From: an uncultured Veillonella sp.
GTDB taxonomy: Bacteria > Bacillota > Negativicutes > Veillonellales > Veillonellaceae
Direction: 5' to 3'
Length of the DNA stretch: 64,000 bases
NCBI RefSeq assembly: GCF_900545795.1
Contig: NZ_URAR01000003.1
Span: 2,490 to 66,489, forward strand
Shown here: positions 42,638-52,663 of the stretch, in pieces
Layout: each line of letters begins with the position of its first letter
Numbering within the stretch: the first letter of the stretch is position 1
Notes under the pieces: model-generated
The model's database searches: none
What the model saw: only the letters and a program-made list of their open reading frames with translations
What the model was told of the DNA's origin: nothing
Made by a program: the position numbers and the translations under genes

Positions 42638-43615
42638 CTATCGTAAAGCAAATAATAATAAACCTACAACTGCACAAAGGCAACTAGCCAGCCAAAAGCG
42701 TGTTACCACCTTTTGCTCGCCCCAACCGGACAACTCAAAATGATGGTGAATTGGACTCATTTTAAACACGCGAACACCACGTGTTTTAAATGATATAACT
42801 TGGATAATTACCGATAAGGCTTCCATAACAAAAACGCCGCCAATAAGAATTAACAAAAGCTCTGTTTTAGTCAATATTGCCATGCCTGCAAAGGCTCCAC
42901 CTAAAGCGAGGGACCCTGTGTCACCCATAAATACTTTAGCCGGATTGGAGTTGTAATATAAAAAGCCTAGTACAGCACCACATAAGGCAATGCTGAAAAA
43001 TGATACAATAGCACCTGCTACATTATCCTGGAATACGAGCATGCCAATAACTGTGTATGCTATAGCAGCTGCTGCCGATGTGCCAGCGGCTAAACCATCT
43101 AAGCCATCAGTTAAATTAACTGCATTAGTAGTACCTACAATAATGATAAATACTAATACATAATAGAATAAACCTAGGTCTACAGATATATTCAAAAGTG
43201 GAATCCACAAAGCCGTCGACAAAGTCATTACTTCTGTAGCAATATAGCAAAAAATAGCCGACATAATGATCTGTCCTAATAATTTTTGCTTAGCCGTCAA
43301 GCCGAGATTACGTTTTTTTACTGATTTAATAAAATCATCAGAAAATCCCAATAATCCATGGCCAATGGTGAGAAATAACAACACCCATGTAGACATAGTC
43401 CAAGGGGCAAAAATAAGTACCGCTAGTACCAATGCAAGCAATATGAAAATACCGCCCATAGTCGGGGTTCCTGCTTTTGCTTGATGCGCCTTTGGTCCTT
43501 CTTCACGAATACTTTGCTGCGCATGTAAACTCCGTAACATCGGTATTCCTATTTTTCCTAATAATAGCGTTAATACCAAAGCGGTAATAAACGTATATAA
43601 CAACTGCATGGTCAT
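42638..43615 (-). CDS. mraY: phospho-N-acetylmuramoyl-pentapeptide transferase
   Basis: 325 aa. MraY conserved motifs (TPTMGG, NAVNLTDGLDGLA, HHHFE). Confidence 0.9.
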   Translation of the reverse strand: MTMQLLYTFITALVLTLLLGKIGIPMLRSLHAQQSIREEGPKAHQAKAGTPTMGGIFILLALVLAVLIFAPWTMSTWVLLFLTIGHGLLGFSDDFIKSVKKRNLGLTAKQKLLGQIIMSAIFCYIATEVMTLSTALWIPLLNISVDLGLFYYVLVFIIIVGTTNAVNLTDGLDGLAAGTSAAAAIAYTVIGMLVFQDNVAGAIVSFFSIALCGAVLGFLYYNSNPAKVFMGDTGSLALGGAFAGMAILTKTELLLILIGGVFVMEALSVIIQVISFKTRGVRVFKMSPIHHHFELSGWGEQKVVTRFWLASCLCAVVGLLLFALR

Positions 43616-43758
43616 TCCAAATTTCGCTCCTTACTTTCTATAGCTAAAGGCCTTATTACTATAGGCCGTTATCTATGGTAGTACATTACAAGAAGTAATG
43701 CAAATATATTTCCCCACTTTTTGAAAAATACTCTACGTCCACTCTTAATTAAACTCGA

Positions 43759-45135
43759 TTATAGGCCTGCTTCACGTTCTTTTATTTCAGCTACTACTCG
43801 TTCCATGCGAAGGCCACGAGATCCTTTTACTAAAATAACATCACCTTTTTGACGATTGTCAAAGTACATATTTGCCATATCTAAATGACTTGAACATACA
43901 TAGGAGGCCTTAAGCCCTTTCGCCTTCGCCTCACGAGCAATAAATCGAGCCGCTTCCCCAAAAGTATATACTTCACTATAGCCTTCTGCTACTAGTAAAT
44001 CACCAATGTCGCGATGGCTGCTTTCAGTGAATTCACCAAGTTCTAACATATCGCCAAGCATGGCAATTTTTCGCTTCCCCTCTAATTGGCCTAAGGCTTT
44101 AATTGCCTCTGCCATAGACGCTGGATTGGCATTATAAGAATCATTCAATATCACAATATCAGGGAAGGATATAATCTCTTGACGCATTGGCATACCACTA
44201 AAGTTTCCTAAGCCTTTAGCAATTTTCTGTGCGGAAATGCCCAAAGCGCGACCAGCTGAAATAGCCGCCAACGCATCATATACATTATGTTCCCCTATCA
44301 TAGGTAAGAACACATCAAAGATTTCATCAAAGGCACGGCAAGTAAATTTAATGCCGTCTTTTTTATAGCGAAGATTAAAGCCCGAAATAGTCGCTTGCTC
44401 TTTAATACCATAAAAAATTGTTTTACCTTCAGTATATTGACTCATTTCACGAACTATATCATCGTCCTGATTTAAAATAGCTACTCCATCAGCCTTAATG
44501 TGATGAATCAATTCTGCTTTAGCTTTACCAATATTTTCGCGCGACCCTAAAAGTTCAATATGGCTGTTACCTACATTTGTAATAATCCCCATAGTAGGCT
44601 CTGCAATGCGCGCTAGCTCATCAATTTGCCCTAGCCCACGCATGCCCATTTCTACTACACAAGCCTCATGCTCTGGCGTTAATTGTAATAAAGTTTTAGG
44701 CAAGCCAATTTCATTATTGTAATTCTTTTCTGTCTTAAGCACATTATATTTTGTACTCAATACAGCCGCTACCATCTCTTTAGTCGTTGTTTTTCCAGAA
44801 GAACCTGTAATAGCCACCACAGGGATTTCAAAACGGCGGCGATGATAATTAGCTAATTGTTGATAGGCTAACAAAGGGGATTCCACTTCAATGCAGATAA
44901 GGCCTTCAAAGGTCTTGCCCTTTTTTACGAGGGCCCCTACAGCACCATTCGTTTTTGCTTGACCTAAAAAATCGTGGCCATCAAATGTATCACCAGTGAG
45001 CGCTACAAACAAAGAGTCTGCTCCAATGGTGCGCGTATCCGTTGATACAGAAGTAAATTGTGTTGTATCTATTGCTTTGCCCTCATAGGTGCCACCGGTT
45101 ACTGACAACACCTCCTGAAGCGTAAACTCTGCCAT
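43759..45135 (-). CDS. murF: UDP-N-acetylmuramoyl-tripeptide--D-alanyl-D-alanine ligase
   Basis: 458 aa. Mur ligase P-loop ITGSSGKTTTKEM. Confidence 0.9.
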   Translation of the reverse strand: MAEFTLQEVLSVTGGTYEGKAIDTTQFTSVSTDTRTIGADSLFVALTGDTFDGHDFLGQAKTNGAVGALVKKGKTFEGLICIEVESPLLAYQQLANYHRRRFEIPVVAITGSSGKTTTKEMVAAVLSTKYNVLKTEKNYNNEIGLPKTLLQLTPEHEACVVEMGMRGLGQIDELARIAEPTMGIITNVGNSHIELLGSRENIGKAKAELIHHIKADGVAILNQDDDIVREMSQYTEGKTIFYGIKEQATISGFNLRYKKDGIKFTCRAFDEIFDVFLPMIGEHNVYDALAAISAGRALGISAQKIAKGLGNFSGMPMRQEIISFPDIVILNDSYNANPASMAEAIKALGQLEGKRKIAMLGDMLELGEFTESSHRDIGDLLVAEGYSEVYTFGEAARFIAREAKAKGLKASYVCSSHLDMANMYFDNRQKGDVILVKGSRGLRMERVVAEIKEREAGL

Positions 45136-45136
45136 A

Positions 45137-46648
45137 TTATCTCTCCTTTAATGCGTCTCTTGCTACTTCACGATCATCAAAATGAATCGTTTTATCTTTT
45201 AAAATCTGGTAATCTTCATGACCTTTACCAGCAATAATCACTACATCGCCTTTTTGAGCATCGCGAATAGCTTCAAAAATAGCTTCGCGACGGTCAGTAA
45301 TCACCTTATACGAAGAGTTGTCACGTAAATGCTCTTTTACCCCTTCAGCCACTTGTGCCACAATTTGCTCTGGATCTTCCGTACGTGGATTATCAGAAGT
45401 GACATAAATTTTATCGCCGTATTTGGCAGCTATACCACCCATAATTGGGCGCTTAGTGGCATCCCGGTCACCACCACAGCCAAAGACAACGAGAATTTGA
45501 CGGTCTACAATTTTCTTCGCTGTTTCCAAGATGTTCTCTAAACCATCTGGGGTATGTGCATAATCCACAACAACGGCAAAATCTTGCCCTTCTTCCACAA
45601 GCTCAAAACGTCCTGGTACAGCCGTAAAGTTTTTCAATGCCTCTACAATGGCTTCCATGGATACACCTTCAAATAGGGCAGCTCCAATGGCAGCTAATGT
45701 ATTATATACATTGAATAGACCGGTAATTTTCATATGAATAGGATATTCTTTCCCTTCATACACTACATCATAGGAGGATGTTTTAGACGTAATAGTCAAC
45801 TTCTCCCCTTCTAATGTACCTTGGCCTTTAGTGCTATACGTAATAAGTGGCGCACTATTTTTAGCCATTACTTGCTCACCATAAGGATCATCAATGTTTA
45901 TAACGGCGCCCTTATTCTTTTTAAATTGATTAGGAGCACTCACTTGTTCAAATAATTTGCATTTAGCTGCTAAATAATTTTCAAATGTCTTATGGAAATC
46001 TAAATGATCTTGCGTTAAATTCGTAAACACAGCTGTGTCATATTCTACACCGGCTACACGACCTAAAGCTAAGGCGTGAGACGATACTTCCATAATACAG
46101 TGCGTTACCCCTTCTGCTACCATTTGACATAGAATATGTTGTAAATCTACAACATCTGGCGTAGTGTTATGAATCGGATAGGCTGTATCGCCAATTAAGG
46201 TGTGAACGGTACCAATGATTCCCACTTTATGACCTTGAGCTCGTAAAATATGTCCAATTATATGAGTCGTTGTAGTCTTACCATTTGTGCCAGTTACACC
46301 AATCATGCGCATTTTATTAGCTGGATAATCATAAAAAAATGGCACACATTCTTGCATGGCCACTCTTGTATCAGCCACGGTAATAACAGCCACATGGTCA
46401 GGGGCCGATACTGGCTCTGATACTAACAATGCTACTGCTCCAGAGGCTACTGCCTTATCCACAAAAGTATGTCCATTAACATGTGCGCCGCTTAGACAAA
46501 TAAACAAACTGCCTTCTTTTACTTCACGCGAATCCGCTGTGATTTGTTTGACTTCAATTGTATCTGCACCGCTGGTTAATGTCGCACCATGTATACTCTG
46601 TAGCAATTCTCTTACAGTTTTCAAAATTACTTCCTCCACTTCAAACAA
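45137..46648 (-). CDS. murE: UDP-N-acetylmuramoyl-L-alanyl-D-glutamate--2,6-diaminopimelate ligase
   Basis: 503 aa. P-loop GVTGTNGKTTTTH and DNPR motif, indicating meso-DAP specificity. Confidence 0.9.
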   Translation of the reverse strand: MFEVEEVILKTVRELLQSIHGATLTSGADTIEVKQITADSREVKEGSLFICLSGAHVNGHTFVDKAVASGAVALLVSEPVSAPDHVAVITVADTRVAMQECVPFFYDYPANKMRMIGVTGTNGKTTTTHIIGHILRAQGHKVGIIGTVHTLIGDTAYPIHNTTPDVVDLQHILCQMVAEGVTHCIMEVSSHALALGRVAGVEYDTAVFTNLTQDHLDFHKTFENYLAAKCKLFEQVSAPNQFKKNKGAVINIDDPYGEQVMAKNSAPLITYSTKGQGTLEGEKLTITSKTSSYDVVYEGKEYPIHMKITGLFNVYNTLAAIGAALFEGVSMEAIVEALKNFTAVPGRFELVEEGQDFAVVVDYAHTPDGLENILETAKKIVDRQILVVFGCGGDRDATKRPIMGGIAAKYGDKIYVTSDNPRTEDPEQIVAQVAEGVKEHLRDNSSYKVITDRREAIFEAIRDAQKGDVVIIAGKGHEDYQILKDKTIHFDDREVARDALKER

Positions 46649-46685
46649 GGAAAAGCAGCTCCCTTAGAGCTGCCTCATACCATAG

Positions 46686-47123
46686 TTAATCAACGATTGG
46701 TTTCGTCACTTGTACCTCACGTTCTACAGTAGTACCTTTGCTATTAAACACAAAAGCATCGGGCAAAACCATTCCCAATTTATCTTGCGCTATTTGTTGA
46801 ATTCTCGTAGGTGAACGAAGCTCAGCCACACTTAAACTCAATTCATCATTATCTCTTGAAAGTTGTACAATTTCATTTTGCATCTTTACTAACTCATAGC
46901 CAGAGTCAATTTTTGCATGAGCTAAATATTCATAGCCCAATAAAAAGCCAAATGCTAACGCAATAAGCATAAAAACTGATCTCAACTCACGACTCATAAA
47001 GCCTAAGCTTATAGTGCCGGCCCTTTGTTTAGCACCCACTTGAGCTGGAACATACGCTTTTGCTTGTGGCGCTAAGGTCCTCATATCTACCGTCTTTCTC
47101 GCCAACATACCATCATCCCCCAC
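46686..47123 (-). CDS. ftsL: cell division protein FtsL-like (septum formation initiator)
   Basis: 145 aa. Single TM segment (FMLIALAFGFLLGY) followed by a coiled coil. Position between rsmH and murE. Start uncertain. Confidence 0.55.
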   Translation of the reverse strand: MGDDGMLARKTVDMRTLAPQAKAYVPAQVGAKQRAGTISLGFMSRELRSVFMLIALAFGFLLGYEYLAHAKIDSGYELVKMQNEIVQLSRDNDELSLSVAELRSPTRIQQIAQDKLGMVLPDAFVFNSKGTTVEREVQVTKPIVD

Positions 47124-47178
47124 AACTTCTATCTACACCGACTTAACTCTGTCGATTAACATCCTATTTAAACTTAAA

Positions 47179-48141
47179 TTATCGTTTTTCTGCTACCCGC
47201 AATTTAGCACTTCGTGCCCGTGGATTGACTTCCACTTCTTCTGCACTAGGCTCAATTGCTTTATTTCGAGCTTTTACAACGGCTTCATGGTGACATACAC
47301 ACACCGGAATATTCGGTGGGCAAATACAGCCCTGACTTAATTCCTTAAAGGTTTGTTTTGTTATTCTATCTTCCAGTGAATGGAAGGTTATAACACCGAT
47401 ACGGCCTCCCGGCTTTAACATACTCACCGCATCAACAAAGCTATCATGCAGAATTGTTAACTCCTGATTTACCTCAATGCGAATCGCTTGAAATGTACGC
47501 TTTGCTGGATGAGGGCCTTCTCGTCTAGCTCCTGCAGGAATCGCCTTTTTAATGATTGACGTCAATTCCCCAGTTCGCTCTATAGGCTGTTCCGCTCTCG
47601 CTTCAACGATAAATTTTGCAATCCGTTTAGCCCATCGCTCTTCCCCATAGTCCCAAATAATGCGAGCTAAATCAGCTTCACTATAAGTATTAACTATTGT
47701 AGCTGCACTCAATTGTGACTCTTGATTCATTCTCATGTCTAATGGACCATCATGCATATAGGAGAAGCCTCTATCTGCCGTATCTAGTTGATAGCTAGAA
47801 ACGCCTAAATCGAAGATAAAGCCATCAACTTCATAAATCCCCTTAGATTCTAACGCTGCTTTTAAATCTCTAAAATTAGTTGGTATAGTCATAACCTGGC
47901 AAGCTAAGTCCTTTAATCGTTCACTAGCTACGCCTAAAGCATCACGGTCCTGATCTAAGCCGATGAGTAATCCATCGTCGCTTAATTTTGACCCTAAGGC
48001 TAAGGAGTGACCTGCCCCACCTAAGGTACAGTCTACATATGTGCCATGAGGATTTGTCATCACAGCTTCAACAGTTTCTGCTAGTAACACACTAACATGA
48101 TTAAATTCCACGTTGGCACTCCTTTCTATGTACTGCACCAC
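47179..48141 (-). CDS. rsmH: 16S rRNA (cytosine1402-N4)-methyltransferase RsmH (MraW)
   Basis: 320 aa. HVSVLL..., DCTLGGAGHS, and FHSLEDR motifs. Confidence 0.9.
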   Translation of the reverse strand: MVQYIERSANVEFNHVSVLLAETVEAVMTNPHGTYVDCTLGGAGHSLALGSKLSDDGLLIGLDQDRDALGVASERLKDLACQVMTIPTNFRDLKAALESKGIYEVDGFIFDLGVSSYQLDTADRGFSYMHDGPLDMRMNQESQLSAATIVNTYSEADLARIIWDYGEERWAKRIAKFIVEARAEQPIERTGELTSIIKKAIPAGARREGPHPAKRTFQAIRIEVNQELTILHDSFVDAVSMLKPGGRIGVITFHSLEDRITKQTFKELSQGCICPPNIPVCVCHHEAVVKARNKAIEPSAEEVEVNPRARSAKLRVAEKR

Positions 48142-48217
48142 ATAATTTTAATAATTTAAATCTTTATGTTAAAAATCTAAGTATTTATGGCTTTATGCTA
48201 TCTTTGTGGATTTTATG

Positions 48218-48649
48218 CTAAAAATCTAAGTCTTCCATATTTTCAGACAGCTCTTCGATGCTACCAGCCGTAGCTTCATTGTAAGCATCCCATTGTGCAC
48301 GACTCCAGATTTCAATAAACCCACCTTGCCCCACTACAATTGCTTCTTTACCTAAGGAGGCATGTTTACGTAGAGGTGCGGGCACTAAAATTCGCCCTTG
48401 TTTATCAAACTCCACTTCTGCTGCATTGCCAAAGAAGTGACGTTGTAAAGCACGAACATTTGCTTTAGTGCTAGGTAAGGCATTTAGTTTATCGGCTTTC
48501 TTTTGGAAGGTTTCAAGAGAATACACGGCGAGACAATTATCGAAGCCTTGCGTGATAATACAACGATCACCTAAGTCTTCGCGCATTTTAGCAGGGATAA
48601 TCATACGTCCCTTTGTATCAATCGTATGTGAATGATTGCCTAAAAACAT
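48218..48649 (-). CDS. mraZ: transcriptional regulator MraZ
   Basis: 143 aa. Tandem MraZ/AbrB-like halves with DTKGRMIIP and DKQGRILVP. Confidence 0.9.
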   Translation of the reverse strand: MFLGNHSHTIDTKGRMIIPAKMREDLGDRCIITQGFDNCLAVYSLETFQKKADKLNALPSTKANVRALQRHFFGNAAEVEFDKQGRILVPAPLRKHASLGKEAIVVGQGGFIEIWSRAQWDAYNEATAGSIEELSENMEDLDF

Positions 48650-48866
48650 AATTGTCTCACCTCCTTACACTTCTTCTTTCTAATCCTCCACTATATGCTA
48701 AATTCTACCACAATTCCCCACTTATTAACAACAATATATACAAAATTTTCTTAAATTTGTCAAAAAATTTATTTTTACCTTCACTTTATCTCTGTTTTTC
48801 TCCTTTTTTTCGATATTTTGTACTTAAATAAAGCCTATATGTTCTACTTTTAAAGCAATAAAAAAA

Positions 48867-48920
48867 GTGGTCTCCACCACTTCCCACCACTAGCGAAAAA
48901 TTGAAACCACAAATTACCAC
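48867..48920 (-). promoter_or_regulatory. putative MraZ operator: four GTGGT direct repeats at 10-bp spacing
   Basis: The minus strand reads GTGGTaatttGTGGTttcaatttttcgctaGTGGTgggaaGTGGTggag, about 220-270 bp upstream of the mraZ start. Confidence 0.45.
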
Positions 48921-48954
48921 TTTATTAAATTTTACTTTAAAATTCTTAGTTATT

Positions 48955-49135
48955 TTCTACACCTAATTCTTACACTTAATTTCTACACTTAATTTCTCTA
49001 TTTAATATCTCTTCTTAATGTTTACATATAATTTCTTTAACGTTAACTTTAAATTACTTTAACTTTAACTTGAAATCTCTTTAACTTTATCTTTATTCTA
49101 ATGTTAATTCTAATTCTATATTTTAGTGTTTTGTT
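48955..49135. repeat. short tandem repeats (TACACTTAATTTC x2, TTAACTTT x4, TAATTCTA x2) in the mraZ/thrE divergent region
   Basis: Multiple AT-rich short direct repeats within a 608-bp intergenic region. Confidence 0.5.
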
Positions 49136-49257
49136 CTCGCTTTTAAGGCTTTGTTCTTTCGTATACTACAAACTCTATAGTTTTGTCCCTTTCTATTTAT
49201 TCCCACAGTCCTATGTTATACTGATTATAATATCAAATATAGAAAGGATTTATTTTT

Positions 49258-50595
49258 ATGGGTAGAACAACAGAATGTCCTCCATCACAAGTCTTTAATC
49301 ATCCTTTTACAGAAATTCACCGGAAGATGGACTTGCTGCTTTTTTTAGGCCGCCTATTAATGGAAAATGGGGCCAATACAAACCAAATTGTCCGCGATGT
49401 AATGCGTGCCTCCACGTATATGGGAATACCACGCAATTATGTACATATGCATATTACTTACACCACCTTAATGTTAAATATTCACACTGATGAAAGATCC
49501 TATACAGCCTTTCACAAAACATTACATCATGGTGTTAATATGACAACGTTGTCATTTTTAAGTAAATTAACTTGGCGTGCACTGGATCAAAATTACACCT
49601 TAGATGAATTTGAGTCACAATTAAATGAAATTGCATCAACACCACTTAAATATCCTACGCCACTCCTCGCGGTAGCCGCTGGCACTGCCTGTGGTGCCTT
49701 CGCCATTAATTTCGGTGGCGATCTCTTATCAGCCATAGGTACAATCATTAGCGCCTTAGTAGGTTTTTATGCGCGACGCTGGTGCAATCAAATGCAAATC
49801 AATTTCTACTTTGGAATTGCTATTGCCTCATTTGTAGCTACTGCTATTTCATTCCTATTACATGCCTTAACAGGGTGGAATACTTTGCTATACGCTATGA
49901 TTAGTTGTACCCTCTTCATGGTGCCTGGTATACCACTCATTAATGCGGTGGACGACACTATAAATAATCATATTATGTCCGGTATGACCCGCGCTATCAA
50001 CACCTTACTCATCGTTGGCAGTATGTCTGTGGGCATTGCAACGGCTTTATATTTTGACCACATATCTACCTTTACAGATATAAGCGTAACGCCCGTTCAT
50101 ATTTCGCCACTTCACATGGTAGCTGGTGCCGTAGGCGCCATAGGTTTCTCCTTGATTTTTAATACACCATTTCGTTTGCTTTATATCATCGGCATCGGTG
50201 GTGCCATTAGCATTTTTGTGAGAAACTTCCTAATTGTTGAACTTGGTTTTACCACTATTGGCTCTAGCTTTGTAGCGGCTGCTATTATTGGTTTACTAGC
50301 TCTGAGCATTTACAAAAAGGTGCGCACCGCTCCATTGATTATAGCTATCCCATCAGTCATACCTATGATTCCTGGGGTCCTCTTATACCGCTTTTTATAT
50401 GGCGTCCTTACCATTAATACATTAACACCTGATACATTCATGTCTATTTTGCGCAGTGGTATTACCGGTGCCTTAATCATTATTTGTATTGCTATTGGCG
50501 TGTCCATTCCTCACATTTTAGCGCGAGGCTATTTGGATCGTAAGAAAGAAAAGAACTTACTCAAGTTCATTCATGCACGCCGTCAACGTGGTTAG
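49258..50595 (+). CDS. threonine/serine exporter family protein (ThrE; fused DUF1212-DUF3815, YjjP/YjjB-like)
   Basis: 445-aa polytopic membrane protein. An N-terminal cytoplasmic region is followed by about 10 transmembrane segments, an architecture typical of fused ThrE proteins. Confidence 0.6.
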   Translation: MGRTTECPPSQVFNHPFTEIHRKMDLLLFLGRLLMENGANTNQIVRDVMRASTYMGIPRNYVHMHITYTTLMLNIHTDERSYTAFHKTLHHGVNMTTLSFLSKLTWRALDQNYTLDEFESQLNEIASTPLKYPTPLLAVAAGTACGAFAINFGGDLLSAIGTIISALVGFYARRWCNQMQINFYFGIAIASFVATAISFLLHALTGWNTLLYAMISCTLFMVPGIPLINAVDDTINNHIMSGMTRAINTLLIVGSMSVGIATALYFDHISTFTDISVTPVHISPLHMVAGAVGAIGFSLIFNTPFRLLYIIGIGGAISIFVRNFLIVELGFTTIGSSFVAAAIIGLLALSIYKKVRTAPLIIAIPSVIPMIPGVLLYRFLYGVLTINTLTPDTFMSILRSGITGALIIICIAIGVSIPHILARGYLDRKKEKNLLKFIHARRQRG

Positions 50596-50684
50596 CTATC
50601 AAAAGTTCTCCCCATTTTATAAAATGCTACAAATATTCAAGCTATCCATGAATCGTTTCATAAACCTACTTTAATAATCGACAA

Positions 50685-50734
50685 AAAGCCCTCTGTGTAA
50701 AGTTATTCCAACTTCAACACAGAGGGCTTATATT
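50685..50734. terminator. bidirectional terminator between the ThrE-like gene and trxA
   Basis: 12-bp perfect stem AGCCCTCTGTGT/ACACAGAGGGCT (50687-50698 / 50717-50728) with AAAAA upstream and TATATT downstream. Confidence 0.65.
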
Positions 50735-50825
50735 ATGTTAAACAAAATTTGTTTATGAAGCAAAATTTACAAGTTCAGAAAAACTGAACCTCATATATTC
50801 ACTTTAAAAGCAATATAGTTTGCTC

Positions 50826-51149
50826 TTATACATGTGCTTCAATAGCAGCTTTTAATTCTTCTTTTGGTACGAAACCAATTTTGCGATCTACTACTTCACC
50901 ATTTTTAACAATTGCAAATGTAGGTAATACTTCTACATTGAATTGTTGAGCAAGAGCAGCTACTTCATCAGTGTTAACTTTTGCAAAGTTTACTTTATCG
51001 CCAAGTTCACCAGCTAATTCTTCGAAAATTGGCATCATGCGTACGCAATAACCGCACCATGGAGCCCAGAAATCAACGATGGATACACCGTCAAATTCTA
51101 ATACATCTGCTTTAAAATTTTCTACTGTTAATTCTTTAATGTCTGCCAT
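50826..51149 (-). CDS. trxA: thioredoxin (atypical CGYC active site)
   Basis: Start trimmed to ATG 51149 (MADIKELTVENF..., GGAGGT RBS). Thioredoxin fold with FWAPWCGYCVRMMP. Confidence 0.8.
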   Translation of the reverse strand: MADIKELTVENFKADVLEFDGVSIVDFWAPWCGYCVRMMPIFEELAGELGDKVNFAKVNTDEVAALAQQFNVEVLPTFAIVKNGEVVDRKIGFVPKEELKAAIEAHV

Positions 51150-51231
51150 AATAATGACCTCCTTGTATTTGATATTCTTACGAATATATAACCATATTAA
51201 CGAATTGATAGATTCAGTGCTACCTAGCACT

Positions 51232-51606
51232 TTACTTTATCTGAACTAATACACAGTCTTGAATTACATCAAAACCTAATTCCTCTGCTTTCTTTACTAC
51301 GGATGGCTTATCCGCACCAGGCTGTAACCACACAGTAGAAATACCTAAATCTTTACACTCATCAAGAGCGACAAGACCTACTATTTCTGGCACCACAAAG
51401 TCAACAACATCCGGTACTTCTGGTAAGTCACGCAATGAATTGTAACAAGGCTCGCCTTCAATTTCGTCTACATTAGGATTCACTGCATATACAGTGTAGC
51501 CATGTTTACGAAGGTGCATTAAAATTTTATAGCCAAATTTTTCTTTGCGACTCGTAGCACCAAGAACAGCCCATACTTTCTTTTGAATTACTTCAGTAAG
51601 GTTCAT
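51232..51606 (-). CDS. CoA-binding domain protein (YccU/YneT family)
   Basis: 124 aa. VWAVLGATSRKEKFGYKI.. Rossmann-like CoA-binding signature. Confidence 0.7.
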   Translation of the reverse strand: MNLTEVIQKKVWAVLGATSRKEKFGYKILMHLRKHGYTVYAVNPNVDEIEGEPCYNSLRDLPEVPDVVDFVVPEIVGLVALDECKDLGISTVWLQPGADKPSVVKKAEELGFDVIQDCVLVQIK

Positions 51607-51632
51607 TTTGTCACCTCAATTCCCTTCTCTTA

Positions 51633-52598
51633 TTATATCTCAATATCGAAATTTGTCAATTTGATTTCTTTTTCTTTTAGATATGAATTCTCAAAATAAA
51701 CATCTTTTAGGGAATCTAATGACAAGCTGTGAAAACGCTCCAATTGACTCTCCTTTACAATCCCTGCTGCTAAGGCCAAATGGCCTAAAATCATACCACT
51801 ACTATAGCCAGCTTCACGTAATTCTTTAATGGTAATACTCTTTTGACGCTTTGATAAACGATAGCCATCTTCATCTACTACTAAAGGAACATGACCATAA
51901 GTCGGCGCGGGCTCATTAAATACTTCATAGAGCCACAATTGAGCTCCCACTGCTGGTAGCAAGTCATAGCCTCTTATGACCTCAGTAATGCCCATATGAA
52001 TGTCATCATACACTACGGCTAAATTATACGCGTACATCTGGTCCGCCCGCTTAACTACAAAATCATCATATAAAGGTCGAACTACAGCCTGCTGCGTGCC
52101 CTGCCATATATCATTAAAGGTGTATTCACGCGCTTTTACTTTTAACCGCCAAGAAGGATCTTTTTTCTCCCTTAACAAATCTTGCTCGCTCTTTGTTAAA
52201 TCACGACAATGACCATCATAATGAACAATCCCCTCCGCTCCATGAGGGGCAGAACTAATGCTATGAAGACGTGCACGATTACAAAAACAAGGATATATCT
52301 GCCCTGCTTCACGCCATTTTGAAAGAACTGATTCATACAAATGGGAGCGTTCACTTTGCCAATAAGGGCCATTAGGACCACCTACACGAGGCCCTTCATC
52401 CCATGTAAAGCCAAGCCATTCCAAATCATCCATCTGCTGTTCCCCTAAGTCTCGCTTAGAACGCTGCGTGTCTATATCTTCCATCCTTAGCACATAAGTG
52501 CCCTTTTGCTGCTTGCAATGCAACCAAGACAGTAAAGCAACCCAAATATTGCCTAAATGTAAATGTCCCGTAGGACTCGGTGCAAAACGACCTTTCAT
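51633..52598 (-). CDS. gluQ: glutamyl-Q tRNA(Asp) synthetase (GluQRS; truncated GluRS paralog)
   Basis: 321 aa. HIGH motif (FAPSPTGHLHLGN), YNLAVVYDD, VIRGYDL, and KMSKS-like RLSKRQK. Lacks the anticodon-binding domain. Confidence 0.7.
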   Translation of the reverse strand: MKGRFAPSPTGHLHLGNIWVALLSWLHCKQQKGTYVLRMEDIDTQRSKRDLGEQQMDDLEWLGFTWDEGPRVGGPNGPYWQSERSHLYESVLSKWREAGQIYPCFCNRARLHSISSAPHGAEGIVHYDGHCRDLTKSEQDLLREKKDPSWRLKVKAREYTFNDIWQGTQQAVVRPLYDDFVVKRADQMYAYNLAVVYDDIHMGITEVIRGYDLLPAVGAQLWLYEVFNEPAPTYGHVPLVVDEDGYRLSKRQKSITIKELREAGYSSGMILGHLALAAGIVKESQLERFHSLSLDSLKDVYFENSYLKEKEIKLTNFDIEI

Positions 52599-52663
52599 AG
52601 CACACCTCCTTCTGACTGGTCTACTTGCCCCACCAGGTACAAACCATGTTCAGAAGGAACGCC

